From Lepidodermella squamata (Eukaryota; Animalia; Gastrotricha), in contig JBLDXI010000054.1 in assembly GCA_047495785.1 (NCBI GenBank), positions 3,224,001 through 3,288,000 of the forward strand: a DNA stretch of 64,000 bases, given 5' to 3'. Positions 1 to 13,480 of the stretch are shown here, one piece after another; positions within the stretch are counted from its first letter, which is position 1; the number at the start of each line of letters is the position of its first letter. The notes below the pieces were generated by a model. It did not search any database. It worked only from the letters and a program-made list of their open reading frames with translations, and had not been told where the DNA came from. Both the position numbers and the translations under genes were made by a program.

Positions 1-2778
1 TGACGGATTCTTAGGCCTGCCAACCGCCGCTCTTGGTACGGATTATTTCGTCGTAGTGTGGAACCCAGCAACCATCGGTGGCCAGTTCGGTATCGCAGCG
101 ACTGAAGGTAATAACACTAAATTCATCAAATTTTTCAATAACTTGATTTTTTCGATCAGATGATACTCAAATCGATATCCAGTTTTCGAATCCGATGGAG
201 GAACTTCGCGTTGTTTTCAACGGCCGTGCCTATTCGAACAATGATTTGTTGAAGATCCGTCTCGACTCGTACCAGACGTTTTTGGCTATCAACGAAGTTC
301 GCGAGTCTGATTTGACCGGAACTCGCATCAAGTCGAACAAGCCGATCGCTGTTTTCAGCGGCAACATTCGCACGTCGATTGAATTCACATCCGGCAACCC
401 GTCTCGCGACCATTTAGTCGAGCAGATCCCGCCAACCAGCGTCTGGGGCAAGAGGTTCGTTTCTGTTAGCACGCCTGGCCGCACTGTGGGTGACTACTAC
501 AAAATCGTGGCGAGCCTCTCGAACACTTTCGTCACCATCCGAACTGCTGAGAAGTCGGAGAGCTACTTACTGGCGAAAGCTGGTGATTTCAAGCAAGTCC
601 GCATCAAGTCGTCGACCTGTGCTTATATCGAGTCTGACAACCCGGTTCTTGTCACTATGTTCGTGCTTAGCCAGGACGGCTCGGATAACCCGGAAAAGGC
701 CGATCCTTCCATGATTATTATCCCACCCATCAACCAGTACCGTATTCGTTACACATTTTCGACGACAGATTACGCCGGTCTGACCCCGGGACAGGGTTAC
801 ACCAACTACATCATGATGGCGGTACCGAGCCGAAAGGTCAACGGGTTGTTGTTAGACGAACGTTCCGTCAAGTTGTCGAACGTTTATAAGGTGGCTGATA
901 CTGATTACTCATGCGGAACGATCACGGTGCAACCGGGTCGTCACACCCTGTTGCACGCCGATCAGGTCACGCCTTTCATGGGTATTTTATACGGCGCTGG
1001 TGACCGCGAGTCCTACGCATTCCCGATTGGTATGGAGTTGAAAACTCAGACTAAGTGCTACCCTTGCCCGCAAAAGGAGCCGTGTGATAACATTGATAAC
1101 GACTGCGATGGTAAAATTGAGGAGGAGATGTGTAACGGTAAGGACGATGACGGTGATGGCCTTATCGATGAGGATTGTTGCCAGCTGTCCACGCCGGCCT
1201 TCGCTAAGTGCTACGACACCAAGACTATTCAGGCTTGCTACGGTGAAACTGCGAATTTCTCGTGTAATGAGGGCCAGTTCGTCAAACTCATCACCGCCCA
1301 TTTCGGCCGCATTGGATTCGCCGGTGAGTTGAGTTGCCGCTCTCCGAACCCGCTCAACTGCCAGGGTCTGGAGCAGTTCTGCGGTTTCAACGATGTCTAC
1401 GGCGTTGTTGAGGCTAAATGCTTGGGCAGATCGAACTGCTCGATTCAGGTTAATCAGTACTCGATGGGCGACGCTTGCCGAGGTTCCCCGTGCCAACTCT
1501 GCCACCAATACCTGCACGCGATTTACACCTGTATCGATGAACAGGACATGTCCTGCTCGATTCTTGCCAGTCGTGCGAATGGACCTGGTGGCGATAGTGC
1601 GGTTTCGTCTCGCTTCAGTGCTTCAAGCACGTTGTCAGCCTCAGCAATGGCTACAGCTAATCCGACCTCGCAAGATGGTGTTTGCTCATCGGTCATCCCT
1701 CAAGCTGGTGAGAAATGCCAAGCGCCTGAATGCACAACCCAGCCAAAGCCAAGCCCTATGGACCTCCACATTCCGGCTGCTGCAAGGTATGGCGTGAAAT
1801 GATTCATGTAATTTTTCAAATTTTACAATTTTTCCCTTCAGATTCTCTGCATCAAGCGTGCATTCGTGGTGCCCATCTTTCTGCGACCGGAATAACTCAT
1901 TCCTTCAAATCGATCTCGGAGGCCATTATGAAGTGACAGGTTACCTGATGCAAGGTGCTCGCGCCCATGAGCAGTGGGTTAGCCGAGCTGGTTTCGCCTA
2001 CAGTGTTGACGGCAAGATTTGGACTGAAATAATGGACAATAACACACTCAAGGTGCGTTTCTTTTTTCCGCGATTTTTAGTATTGATTTTATTTTTCGCT
2101 TTTTTTTGTTTCAGAGCTTTGCCGGAAATACAGACTCGCGATCGGCGCTTTGGTGCCCCCTGCGCGCATATAACATCGTGGCGAGGTACATTCGTGCTGT
2201 TGTGCTCGACTACTACACCTACCCGTGCCTGCATTTCGATATTGCCCGTTGCGATACTCGTGAGTTTGATTTTTTAATCTTTCATCCGGTTCGTCGGAAG
2301 TCTAGGGCAGCACTAGCGGTGCTTGATTAATAATGGATTATTCAACATCTGATTTGAATTATTCATTAATGTTCGTTGTTTTTCAGTGAGAATGTGCGAG
2401 CCGTTGAGTTTGAACAATACCCTCGCTAATGGAATCGTCTGGCCTGACACCGGTACGCCCCTTGGGTCCAGTGTGACAGTCAACTGCCGGCCTGGTTGGA
2501 TGACAGTTGATCGGTTGACTTCATTCGAAATGCGATGCGATTCTACTGGCCACTGGTCTGGCGAGCCGAAGCATTGCTCTATACCACGCGACTGCGGAGA
2601 CATTCCCTACGTTGACGGGGCGTTGCATGACGGCCGAAATTCTGCGATCGGAGCAAGAGTAACGTATTCTTGCGTTGCCTCTGGTGGAATAACTCGCCCT
2701 GCCCTTCAAGGCAACGCGACAATCGTGTGTCAAGAAGACGCTAGTTGGTCTCAACCGCCGTCGTGTATCTCGTCATGA
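1..2778 (+). CDS. Secreted mosaic protein, 5'-truncated by the window: IgGFc-binding N-terminal domain, Cys/Asp metal-binding repeats, SUEL/galactose-lectin domain, F5/8-C discoidin domain, two Sushi/CCP modules
   Basis: ORF 195-1802 has 'SNKPIAVFSGN...DHLVEQIPPTSVWGKRF' and 'DPSMIIIPPINQY' (IgGFc-binding), 'CDNIDNDCDGKIEE/CNGKDDDGDGLIDEDC', and 'AHFGR...KCLGRSNCSI...QYLHAIYTC' (SUEL). Later exons give 'FLQIDLG...MQGARAHEQWV' (discoidin) and 'W..P.C' Sushi motifs. GT-AG introns at about 108-159, 1787-1841, 2053-2114 and 2260-2385. Confidence 0.8.
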
Positions 2779-3471
2779 GTCTGAATAATATAGATGAATT
2801 GCTATAAATATTATTTCCGATGCTTTTTTCTAAAGATTATTTGACCTACCTCGCTTCTAGTTGCTCTCACAACGCACGTTGCTCAAAAAAGTACAATCAA
2901 AAAGGCAAAAAGAGAAGTCATTTGTCTTTCTGCTCGTCTTCTCTGGTTTTGGCAATCTACATTTCCGCGCACTTCTTTTAAAAATTTGCTGCTCAAAGAA
3001 TTGGCTGTTGTCGATTTCTTATTTCCTGCCATTATTCTGATCGACAGAACCGAATTCTCATATAGGCGCTTTTGTTGATACGCTTGTTTATATTATGACA
3101 TTATATTATGGCAACAACAAGAATCGCATCACATTCAGTGATTATAACGTATAATTACATTGTTAACTTTTACTGAATAGAGATTTTCGAAAGTAAAAAA
3201 ATGACTGTTTTTACCAAAAATCATCTCTCTTTTATTTCCAAGGTAATACAAACAAAATATATCTTTATAACAAACGGTCTCATTAACAGCAAGGTGTTTA
3301 TAGCAATATGCAAGCATCGAACTCAATTTCACACGGGAAAGGAAGGGTTGAAAAGAATATGTATGCAACTTTTAGCGTAAAATAGATATGGCATCTAAAT
3401 GCCGGTGAAGGTAAGGAAATTAAAAAATTTACACATATTCGCTCTATAATTTCAGTTCCAGGAAAGTGTTT

Positions 3472-4134
3472 TCAAAACAAAATTCTTTCTTGCTTGCGTA
3501 GATCTGGAACGCCATTGCGAGTATAGAAAGTGTCGCGGATTTTTTGAACTCGGCCAAATGGCGGTTTTTTAATGTCTTCCTTCTTAATTATGTCACCTAA
3601 CCTCCAGCCGTACTCCCACGAGCTGATGAGAGGAAATTCGAATTTTTCTTCAGGGCCCAACGCTTTACGCTGCCGCAAATATTGAGCTCTGCCTTTGCCT
3701 TCTTTCGATAAGCCGTCGAAAAGCAGTGATTTAGAGCACGGGGTAACTGGACGCATTTCAGGAACGTTGGAACTATTTTCTCCCAACTGTTTAGTAGCTG
3801 CTTCAAGAAGCTCATCTAATAAACACACAAAAGTAAACTATGGTCCGATCGATTCAACACAATTGAGAGATTTACCGTCAAACTTTTTAATGCGAATGTT
3901 GAAAGATTCTGGAGGGCGATTCGGTAAGGCCTTGTAGAAATCATCGGAGACCTTAATTCCATCCATTTCAATCTTCTTTCGGAAAACCTCCTTTTGACGC
4001 GAATTCGACTCGCCAGGAGCCGTGCTGCTCAGTGATCCTCTCTTAGCATGCCAATTGAGGCGGGTTGTCTCTTCCTTCTCGATAGCCTCCTCCAACACCT
4101 TGGTTGCCTGCACTCCACCGATGAATCGGCTCAT
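3472..4134 (-). CDS. SPMIP1: Sperm/ciliary microtubule inner protein SPMIP1 (ATP6V1FNB)-like, 2 exons
   Basis: C-terminal 'LLFDGLSKEGKGRAQYLRQRKALGPEEKFEFPLISSWEYGW' matches the family motif; a short GT-AG intron (about 3817-3875) joins the two ORFs. Confidence 0.7.
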
Positions 4135-5625
4135 TATGATTAGCCAATAAAGGTTATTATCTAGGGCAAATCAAATAGAAGCTGATATTCTTTCAAATCC
4201 TATAATTATTTGAGAACTTTTGTACAGAGCCGGGACGTGCTTTTCAGGAAGAATGAGGGCTACTACTAGACGTAAGAGAAAATTATGGACTTCGGAATGC
4301 ACGAGGAAACAACAGGCCGCGGGAGCACCGATCTCCGATACCGCCCGACGCCCAATTTAGGGCTTCCTCAGTTAGTAAAATTATTTCATCCAAAAAGTAA
4401 TTTGGACGCAACTGAGTAATCATAAGCCATTAACACAGCAGCAGGAGAAACAACAAAAGAGTAAGATCCGTCGGGCGCCCAAGACTCGAGATGTTGGTAC
4501 TGGCGTTGCTAATGACAATAAAAATAAATTATTCAATATATATTTTATCAGTGTATTAAATTTATTATTTATCATGCACCAAAACAAGTTTCATGAACAA
4601 ATTTTAAAAATTGGCGCGGGAAGCTAGTCGTCAGAGCGTCGTAAAAAAGGAACTTCCAAAGCTGCTTGCTGAAGCACTAGTTTGGAACCATTCATGGCAC
4701 TCGCCACCTACGTTCTTTCACGGGGGAACCTATGCATCAATTGTCATCTTTATACTGCCATCCAGAGTTACCAAAATGCTTGGACATTTTGTCGGCGATC
4801 ACCTCCTGTGATTCGTTTATTCGATTTATTCGATCGTTTTAGTCGATTCACCAATAAATAGTCTTGAGGATACTTGTCTGGCGATTAATCTTATGTCAAG
4901 CGACCCCCAAAAATAGAACCGACAGAGTTTTAAAGGATTCGTGAAGAATACATCTCACGCGTGGCGCGTGTCCTCTGCTTGCAAAGCTTAGTTTCTGGTT
5001 GACTGCAAGACAACTTTGTTGCAATTATTTTTATTTTCCTGGCGGGCGTCATTGGACTGAAATTAATGCCGCTAATTGATCAAGTAACCGTCTTTGCAGC
5101 GATTATCGATTATTCAACACTCCAGTGCTCCAAAAAGTGGTTTTCTGACCAGTCAGACAGTTCGAAAACTGTCTCTTGCCTCTCATTAGAAAAACATGAC
5201 GTAGATTCCATTTGTCATCAATTACATCTGTTATTGGCCATTTCAATGAGTAGATGACATTTTCCAACAAAAAATAGGGTGTAGAGCCATCCACAACAAT
5301 CGAAAAAACGTGAGATTAACGAGACAAAGCGCAGGAAAACTGGTCAAAACTTGTTACCCTAACAGCTGAACCCTTGAATCTGTTTCGTAATATAATATAT
5401 AATTACCGGGTTTTTGGAGCTGTGGTACATTCTAACGTCTAATCTAACTCACCTGCTTTATAGTGATGCGATGAATGCACTTTGAGCCGAGATATAATTA
5501 ATTTTCAACTTTCCTTTACTTGTCCGCTTCGTTAAACTTAAAAGGCGATCAACTTTTTTCAAAATGCAAAACTTATACTACGATTAGTTTTTTTTATCGA
5601 TTTTGACTGCAGCTTTCATCCTCGA

Positions 5626-6322
5626 ATGGCCAATCCATGGAAAGAATCTATTAAAACATTCGGAGGCATCGAAGAAATTTTACAAGCGGCTTCTGCAATC
5701 GCGGTTTTCGATAAATTGACATTCGATGAAAAGATTCTCCCAGTCGAGCCTTTTAAATGCAAAGTTGACGAGTACGTTTCCTACATGAACGAAATTTCTA
5801 AACTGGAGGAGCAAATTGATAAGGTTTGTCAGCAAGTTCCCTTTCAATAAGTTTCAATTTAAGTATGTACCTAAGCTAGGTGGTACTGGAAATGCAAGAG
5901 CTCCAGTTTCATATGGAATATAAAGACTTGCTTCACTCTTCAGAAATAGAGAAGAAAACCACGCTGCTGAACGAAATTTGTGAACAAATTGGAAGTATTG
6001 TTAAGAACAAACGCATCCTGACAAATTTATTGCAACAGAAGGGTGGTTCATCAGACGCTCTGCCGTTACATCGGAACTTTCATAAATCGTTTTCCGAGTT
6101 CTTTAAAACATCGGCCATCCTCGTCAATAGCCTGCCGCAGAATCTTGCAATTATTGAACAGGTTAATTTCTAACCGAGTAACAATATATTTATGATCATT
6201 CACGATACATGCAGGCTTCTACTATGGATCCAATGGAGTTTCGTAAACATGCGCGATCTCTCATCGACAACGCTGGTCGTTTGCAGAAATTCTACGCAGA
6301 ATTGGAAGAAATATCTCGTTGA
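5626..6322 (+). CDS. HAUS2: Augmin/HAUS complex subunit 2, 3 exons
   Basis: N-terminal 'MANPW', a coiled coil, and 'KDLLH...LPLHRNFH' resemble HAUS2 (MAAANPW...DVVH...LPIEAVYH). Introns about 5824-5879 and 6162-6214; stop TGA at 6320-6322. Confidence 0.65.
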
Positions 6323-7028
6323 CATTTCGTCTAGTTTTGTTTTCGTGACTGTCACGCTCAGTTTTTATGCACATTTTGCCAAAAATAATAAAACACAATT
6401 TGTAGAACAAATGTCTTGATTTATGTTTTGAGGTTGTAAAAGTTATCCGTTCTAGCTTCATTTTCACGGCCGTTTTGCCATGTCCATTTTGGGTAGGTGA
6501 GAATTTAGCTGTATTTTTCCAACTATTTCGGCGTCAAACCCTGCGTTCAAAGGCGCGGGGAATCAACCAGTCGAATCGTATTGCAGTCCTGCATTAAACA
6601 TGTATGGTAACTTAGCCGTAAAAAAGCAAACATGTCAACTGCGGATTGTATGTCGTGGTTTATTGTCGATTATAATTTGTATGGCGGTACAAAAAGCACC
6701 GAGCCGCAACAACTACTGGGATAAAAACGAAACGGTAGTGTACAAAGTTAACATTTCACAGAAGCATATATGATGAGCCTCGACATTTTGCTGAGCTTCG
6801 ACAAGTTTCTCCAGGTAGAATTATAACAAGAAAATCTAGAAATTTGCAATATGAATATACCGGCAACCGGTAGCTGCGTCACCGTTTCATCACCAGCATT
6901 CCAACCATGCAAGGCAATTTTACTCAATGTATCATGGCAAGGCTGATGATTAGATTCTTTGACAAAGAAAAATGGCGTAACAAAAATGTGATTTGAGTTC
7001 AGTCAGTTATATGATGTATTGATTTCAG

Positions 7029-10000
7029 TTATTCATCTTCCTCGCAAGGCTCCATCTTGCAGCGGCGTTTTGACTTGCGAGCGATGATGATCTCCTCGTC
7101 GCCATCATCCGCATCGTCGCGGTTCTCCGCCTGGCTCTCGTTAATCTGCGACGTTTGTTTTTGAGAGAGACGGCTACCTCGACGCTTGCGAGAAGCTGGT
7201 GCGGGTTCCTCGACTGCCTGAGAGGCATCTTGAGACAACAACGTATCATCGTTACCATCACGAATACGCGTGCCTCCACCTTTCTTGAGCTGGATAATCT
7301 GATTGCGATGGTTATTTCCAAGCTAAAAATGGCAAAATATAAAAATGCTGCCTTGAAGTCCAAATGTTTGCATTACCTTGGAAACATTACAGGGCGAGAG
7401 AAGGAAAAATTGGCCGGGCATTTGGGCCCCATATCGAACGATGAGATTGATAGCGCCTTGGCGATTCTCACCGTCAAGAAAGACGTCGAACTCGTCCATG
7501 CCTTTAATCGGAGCCTCTGAACTCTCCCACAGAGACATGAGGAAGAAAACAGTCGATAGAGAACGTTCACCGCCGGATAAAGTTCTGATCGAACGCGACG
7601 TGGCTGCCTGCGGGGTTTTCGAACCACCTGCGACCGATGTTTGGCTAGACGCAGCACCCGCAACTGTGACGCGACGCTGCTTTTGGGCGACATCCTTATC
7701 CGGGGCAGAAGTGACGCGGAAAGACAACGTGCCATTATCATGGTCAAATTTCAGCTGGCTATTCAAGCCTTTCGTGTAGCTCATCTTCGAAAACCACAGC
7801 TCAATGCCCTTCGAAACATTTCTGACCATGTTAGGGAAGCTACCCTCGCGACGTTGGGTAATCAACTCGAGCGCCTTCAGCTGCTGGTCGCGCTCTTCCA
7901 AATCGTGCGCCTCCTTCTCGATGGACTTCTCACGCTCTTCGAGTGAATCGAAGCCCGTTTTATCGATCCGATGGCGATCGGCGATTTTCTCACGGAGATC
8001 ACGGATAGCTTGCTCGATATCCTTGCGAGATTCGTTGGCTCGGAGTCTCGGGCGATCGTCGCCGAGTCGTTGAAGCATTTCCTTGCAGGCGGCTTCCATC
8101 TCTTCACATCGTCGTTTCCTGAATTACGAATTAAATAAAAAAGCTACCTTAAAATTGTTGAAACTTGCATATTTTCCCACTGATCGGTCAATTTTTCGAA
8201 TTGCTCACGAATCGCAGGCAATTTACGACGCGCCTCGGCAGAACTTCGGTGAATATGAGCGCCACGTTCTTCAGCCTGCTCATGCTCATGCTCTTTCCGG
8301 GTCAGGTTGGCCCGGGCGTCAACCAACTGTCGATCTGCGGCTCGAACTTGGTCATTCGCAGCCTTGAGACGAGCATCGAGAACAACCTGCTCTTGACTAG
8401 TCTGGTACGCTTTGATATCAGCATCTTTTTGGCGCAGTTCCTCCTCAAACATAGCCACGTCGTTGGGCTCTTCCATAACCATAGCGGCTAATCGCGTCAG
8501 GCGTTCGATTTCATTTTCAACTGAACGCAATTTCCCGTTCAATTCAGTGCTAGTAGACTCCATTTTGCGGAAAGCGTTATTTGCCTGTTGGTATTCTCGA
8601 GCTGCCGCTTCAATTTCGGGCTTCAAATCCCGGTAACGCGCGCCCACCTCGGCCTCTTTCGCCCTGACATCAGCCATTTGGTTCTCGACATTTTTCATCA
8701 AATAATCAGTTCGAACAGGGTACTGATTTGCAACGAAATTCGAACTCTTCGTGTGGGAAAAGTAACGAATTTTATCCTTCTTCTTGTCGATGAGTTCGGT
8801 CATACGGATACAACGGCCTGAGTTGACTAGGTCGAAACACTTGTGAACATCCTCGGCGAATAGCTTGAGTTCAATTTGAGACAACTCCAGTAGAAAGTTG
8901 AAGACATCATCGTCAGTTATTTCTGCCAGGTCGAAAAATGATAAGAGGTCCGAATCAGGACAACTAGCCCGAGTTCGGGAGATGTCAGCGCGACCTTGAC
9001 CGAGAGGACGCTCAGACATGATAACAGTCGGATAATCAGCTGGATTTCGAGGGTTCAGACGGACTTTCTTCTGAAGGATATCATGCAAAACTTGGCGATC
9101 GGCCGGGCAAGAGCAGATGAACGAGCCGTAGTTACGACCGATAGCAGCCTCGACAGCCGGGCCCCAAGCTTCATCGCCGATTAGACTGATATACCGGCCA
9201 AGCGGGCCGATCGGAGGTTTCTTGAACATACCAGCATTCACTGCGATTTCGATTTCGCGAACAATTGCCGGCATGTGTCTGCCAAATCGACTGATTGAGC
9301 TGGTTTTCACGGTCTCATAAGTAGCCCGTTGACGAGAAAGCTGCTCCATCTCGGTTCGAAGAGAATACTCGGTCTGGCGGAGACGTTGTTCATTCTGGCG
9401 ACACTCGTTCAAATGGCGTTGAGCTTCTTCACGACCGGCTGTTTCCTGATTTATCGCATCTTCGAGATCCTTCTTACGCCGGTTCAGATCAACCAATTTT
9501 GCTTCATTTCTCTGCCGCTCAGCATCTGCACCTTGTTTAGCACGGGCTTTACGCTGGGCCTCCTCGATATTGCGAATAATATCTTGGCGGCTGTTGTTCA
9601 ACTGATTCAACTTCCGCTGACGAAACTGCATATCGGCCTGAAAAATCACAAGTTACATCAAATTTCAGGCGTAAAATCTAGAGGGACGTACTTCAACTTT
9701 CTTCAAGTCAGCCTGTGCCTCACTTCGACGAGTTTGAGCAATCTGAACCTCGCCTTTCGCCCGTTCAACCTCATCAACCGCAGCTTGAACGAACGCAGCC
9801 TGCTCCGCGACTCGGGCTTGTGTGTCCTCGAGCATACGATGAGCATCATCTTTCCGCTTTTCGACCTCGGCGCGCTGTTTGGCGATTTTTTCGACGTCAT
9901 TACGAATGGCGACTAATTCACGCTCTTTCTGCGCTAGATCAACCCATTCGAGAGATCGTTTTAGGTCAGCTTCGCGCTGCTCGAGAGTTGTCACCTCTTG

Positions 10001-10937
10001 AAAGCGATTGTAGCGTTTCTTCAGTGCGTCAACTTCCCGTTTTCGGTGCTGGTGATTGTCACGCCGAATGCTCCAAGTTTGACGAACGCGGTCCATCTCT
10101 CGTTTCAGGGTGGAAACTCGCGTGCAGACGTCAGCGAGGCCGGTGCCCATGAAGAAGAACTTGTACATGTCCTTTTCACTTGCATCAAACAACAGCTTCT
10201 TTGCATTTTCTTGGGTAAGAATCATCAACGGATTTTCGACATGAATATCGAAATAACTCATGAGTCTGTTACAAATAAAGTAGTGATAAAGGTTTGTAGT
10301 AATTAAAACTATTACTTTCTCAATGCTGCGGCAGTTTTGTAGACAGGCTGGCCACGTTCATTAAGCAAGGCGTACTCACTGGTGCCTTGTTGATTCAGAC
10401 GCCGCTTAACGTAGATATAATTTCCAAATCGCTCACGCTGGTAACTACCAGCACCTGTGTCGTTGCGAAGCTTGATTTGAATCTCTGCGTGACTAATTTC
10501 ACAACAGAAGCAATAAAACATTCGATCATTCCGCATATTACTCACGTTTTGCCTTCCTTCACAAATCCTTTAGTATTAATACCACGACACGTAATATTTG
10601 CCCGCCCACCAAATCCAAGCATCAGTGAGGTGAGAATAGCACTTTTGCCAGCTATAAGAAACAACAGAAAACATTTAATATTGGATATTGGGATAACATT
10701 GAAAACCAACATCCGTTGGGACCGGTTATGAAAGTGATTTTGTTGTTGGAGAGAGCATTAATAGAGAGCTCGCTGTGGCACATAAAGTTCTTCAGAGATA
10801 TTTCTTCGATGAGGCCGAGGTCGTTCTAAAAACATAGGTTTGTCAAAATAACTACAAGAACATTAGAAAGGCAAACGTACGTTTCGATTGAACTTCCTAT
10901 CCACAGGCAGCTCAAGATCGTCGACTTCCATACTCAT
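7029..10937 (-). CDS. SMC6: Structural maintenance of chromosomes protein 6, multi-exon
   Basis: Walker A region split by an intron near 10650-10710, 'ENPLMILTQ', hinge '[10 protein letters not shown]', long coiled coils, signature 'LSGGERS' and Walker B 'MDEFDVFLD', typical of SMC6. ATG at 10937; the last exon ends '...PCEEDE*' at 7029. Confidence 0.93.
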
Positions 10938-11184
10938 TTTTAATCTCTAAATGTCAAGAAAATAAGTACTACAGATTTCAATAGGAAACAAAGAAACAGG
11001 GATAGTATTGAGTATTGAAAAATACGCGCCTTATCTCGTCACTCTGTACAAGCGATCTTTCAACGGGGGCACCTTTTCACCCGGAATGACGCAATCATTC
11101 TAAAATATGCTTCAGGTCAGATGAAGAATTTGACACTAACGCTCTTTGCCCTTCATAAAAATTCTTCAAAGGTTTTATATGCCG

Positions 11185-11375
11185 TTTCGTTGGTAGAAGT
11201 GCCCTCCCAGAGGGATTGCTCTCGGACGGGCAAGATTAAGGCTTAGGTTAGGTTCAGGGTTAGGTTGGGGGAGAGCAACGCCCTCTAAGCCCTCTGAGAG
11301 CAACGCCCTCTCAGAGGTCACTTCTACCAACGAAATTGGAGGCGTTTATGTAGGTTTACGCACCGCGTAAATACG
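11185..11375. mobile_element. Small non-autonomous element (HINE-like or MITE)
   Basis: Perfect 17-bp inverted repeat TTTCGTTGGTAGAAGTG (11185-11201) / CACTTCTACCAACGAAA (11319-11335), extending imperfectly inward; internal TTAGG-like microsatellite; downstream hairpin TTTACGC-ACC-GCGTAAA (11355-11371). Confidence 0.65.
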
Positions 11376-12029
11376 TAGTTATAACATCAGCGTTCTAGCA
11401 AGTGCGGAATTCTAGAAATTGCGCAGGCTGAACAGCCCTCGTTAATCTGAATGTTGGAAATAAGTAATGGGGAAAGGGGAAGGTACAGTCCAGAAAGGAC
11501 AACGCGCGTTGAGGGACCCATAATAGGAGAAAAATATGATGTTGCACCACCTGCGGCCTCATCGCTGCTCGTTGCTCCGCGAAACGCGCGTTTTTCGACG
11601 ACAAATGGGGACTAGTGGTCCTGCTGCAGCAGTCGGTGCAGCGCCGCGCGTCGCTTAGCCGGTCGGTCAGATGAATCCAGGAAGCACCGTGCATCGAGGA
11701 CCTTGAAAGCCTCGCCGACAGTGGAGTCTGCGAGGAGAACCAAGACGGCCTAATCTTAGAGTAATGATGTCCACACTTGACATATAATCCCGTGTACTTA
11801 TAGATATCGGGCCCAAAATTCCCGAAATGCCTTCGATTGCAGTACATCCGCGATGAGATTTGTCCCGCCTTTTTTCAAATTCAAATTATTTTTAGAAATT
11901 TCATGTAGCGTTTTAATATTTATAGGCTTAATGATTTGGTATATGCAAAAGTTATCTGGTCAGTAACAGTTAGTAGCAAATTTTTGATGACCGATCGCTT
12001 TTTCTGCGATTCGTCGTCACCTGACTTCG

Positions 12030-13480
12030 ATTCCCTACAAAAAAGCTCCGCGTTGGCTGTAGAGCCGAAGAATGAAGAGTCCTGATACCATTCTGCCACA
12101 ACTAGCAAACTGCATCAAATCCCGAGATGGCGCTTGCGCGCCATCTTTTTATCACTCGCCATTCTGAGCGGCGCTTCTTGCTCATTAAACCCGTCAGCGT
12201 TTCCAATTTTTTAGATGTTGAAACTAAATACAACAATTTGCTGGCGCCCAGTACATATCTGTAACAACTATAATTTTTACAAATTATATCAAACTGATAT
12301 TTGAAAAAAACAGCAGCTCATCGGATTGTAACAAGCCGTAACAACCAATTGTCACAACTTCATGATCCGATGGCATATCCAGAATCACATTCACAAGTGC
12401 TATCAAAGTCATTATTTCCAAGTGGTAGTGATTATCGAGACGTACATGAGAACCGTTAGCATGGAATGTCTGATCGCATTAATTAATGAATTAAGGAATC
12501 GATGAAATGAATTAATGAAATGAAATTAATGAATCTAATATTCGAATTTGATGTTCTGCAGTATAAAGCTATACGTAAATGATTGAAATGTTGCTAGTCG
12601 CATTGCCGAAGGTCGAACATTTATGCTTCAACGATCATCAGGGCGTTCGTGTAATAATACTCTGGGTGAGCTAAAAATAGCTACAAAAAAGCTAAAATGA
12701 ATGAAAAAAGTAGCAAAGCTAATTTTAGAAGAGTATTATTACGCGCACGACCTGTAGTTAGATAGATTGTAGATCGTCAACGAAGCGTTTTAAATTGAAA
12801 CTTGAGGTATACTCAAATAAAATACTTATAGATCATTAGTAGGTGTAGACCTAACTAATCTCTCGTGGAAGAGAGAAATTTGTTGAGAGATATCACAAGC
12901 TCTCTACGAATGTCATGTATTCTCAGTGATTAATGTTGTTAATCAATGTTATCGATTCGATCCTGGTCACGATGGTGGTATAGTGAAATAGGTAGCATAT
13001 GGAAAATGCAATCTGATCGGCTCTTGATTATCAATATCAATTTCAATACATTACCTATCATGTCACGGGGACGGAATCACCTCTTCATATTAATTCCGAA
13101 GAGGTAACATCTCACTGAAATGCGAGACATATCATGCGATTATCCCGCAATCTGATTAATGCATTTTTATTGCGCATCTTTACCACAAGGGATATAATAT
13201 CCAGCAGTGTAATATATCGGAAGCAGTTACAGTGCCTATGGGATATGGGATTCAAGAGAAAGGGAGCGATCAACATGTTACCTGTGTTGCTTTTTGTATT
13301 ACTTTCTATTCTGCTATGACTCCGTGTCATAAGAAGCGCCGCTCAGAATGGCGAGTGATAAAAAGATGGCGCGCAAGCGCCATCTCGGGATTTGATGCAG
13401 TTTGCTAGTTGTGGCAGAATGGTATCAGGACTCTTCATTCTTCGGCTCTACAGCCAACGCGGAGCTTTTTTGTAGGGAAT
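12030..13480. mobile_element. Non-autonomous DNA transposon with about 150-bp terminal inverted repeats
   Basis: 12030-12179 is the reverse complement of 13331-13480 (termini ATTCCCTACAAAAAAGCTCCGCG...CGCGGAGCTTTTTTGTAGGGAAT); the AT-rich interior has no recognisable transposase. Confidence 0.8.
12639..12754. mobile_element. Nested MITE-like element
   Basis: Imperfect 25-bp inverted repeat CAGGGCGTTCGTGTAATAATACTCT / AGAGTATTATTACGCGCACGACCTG inside the larger TIR element. Confidence 0.5.

Noticed and set aside
11395-11847. 150-aa minus-strand ORF in a GC-rich patch
   Set aside because: No recognisable motif or exon structure; likely a repeat remnant or spurious ORF.
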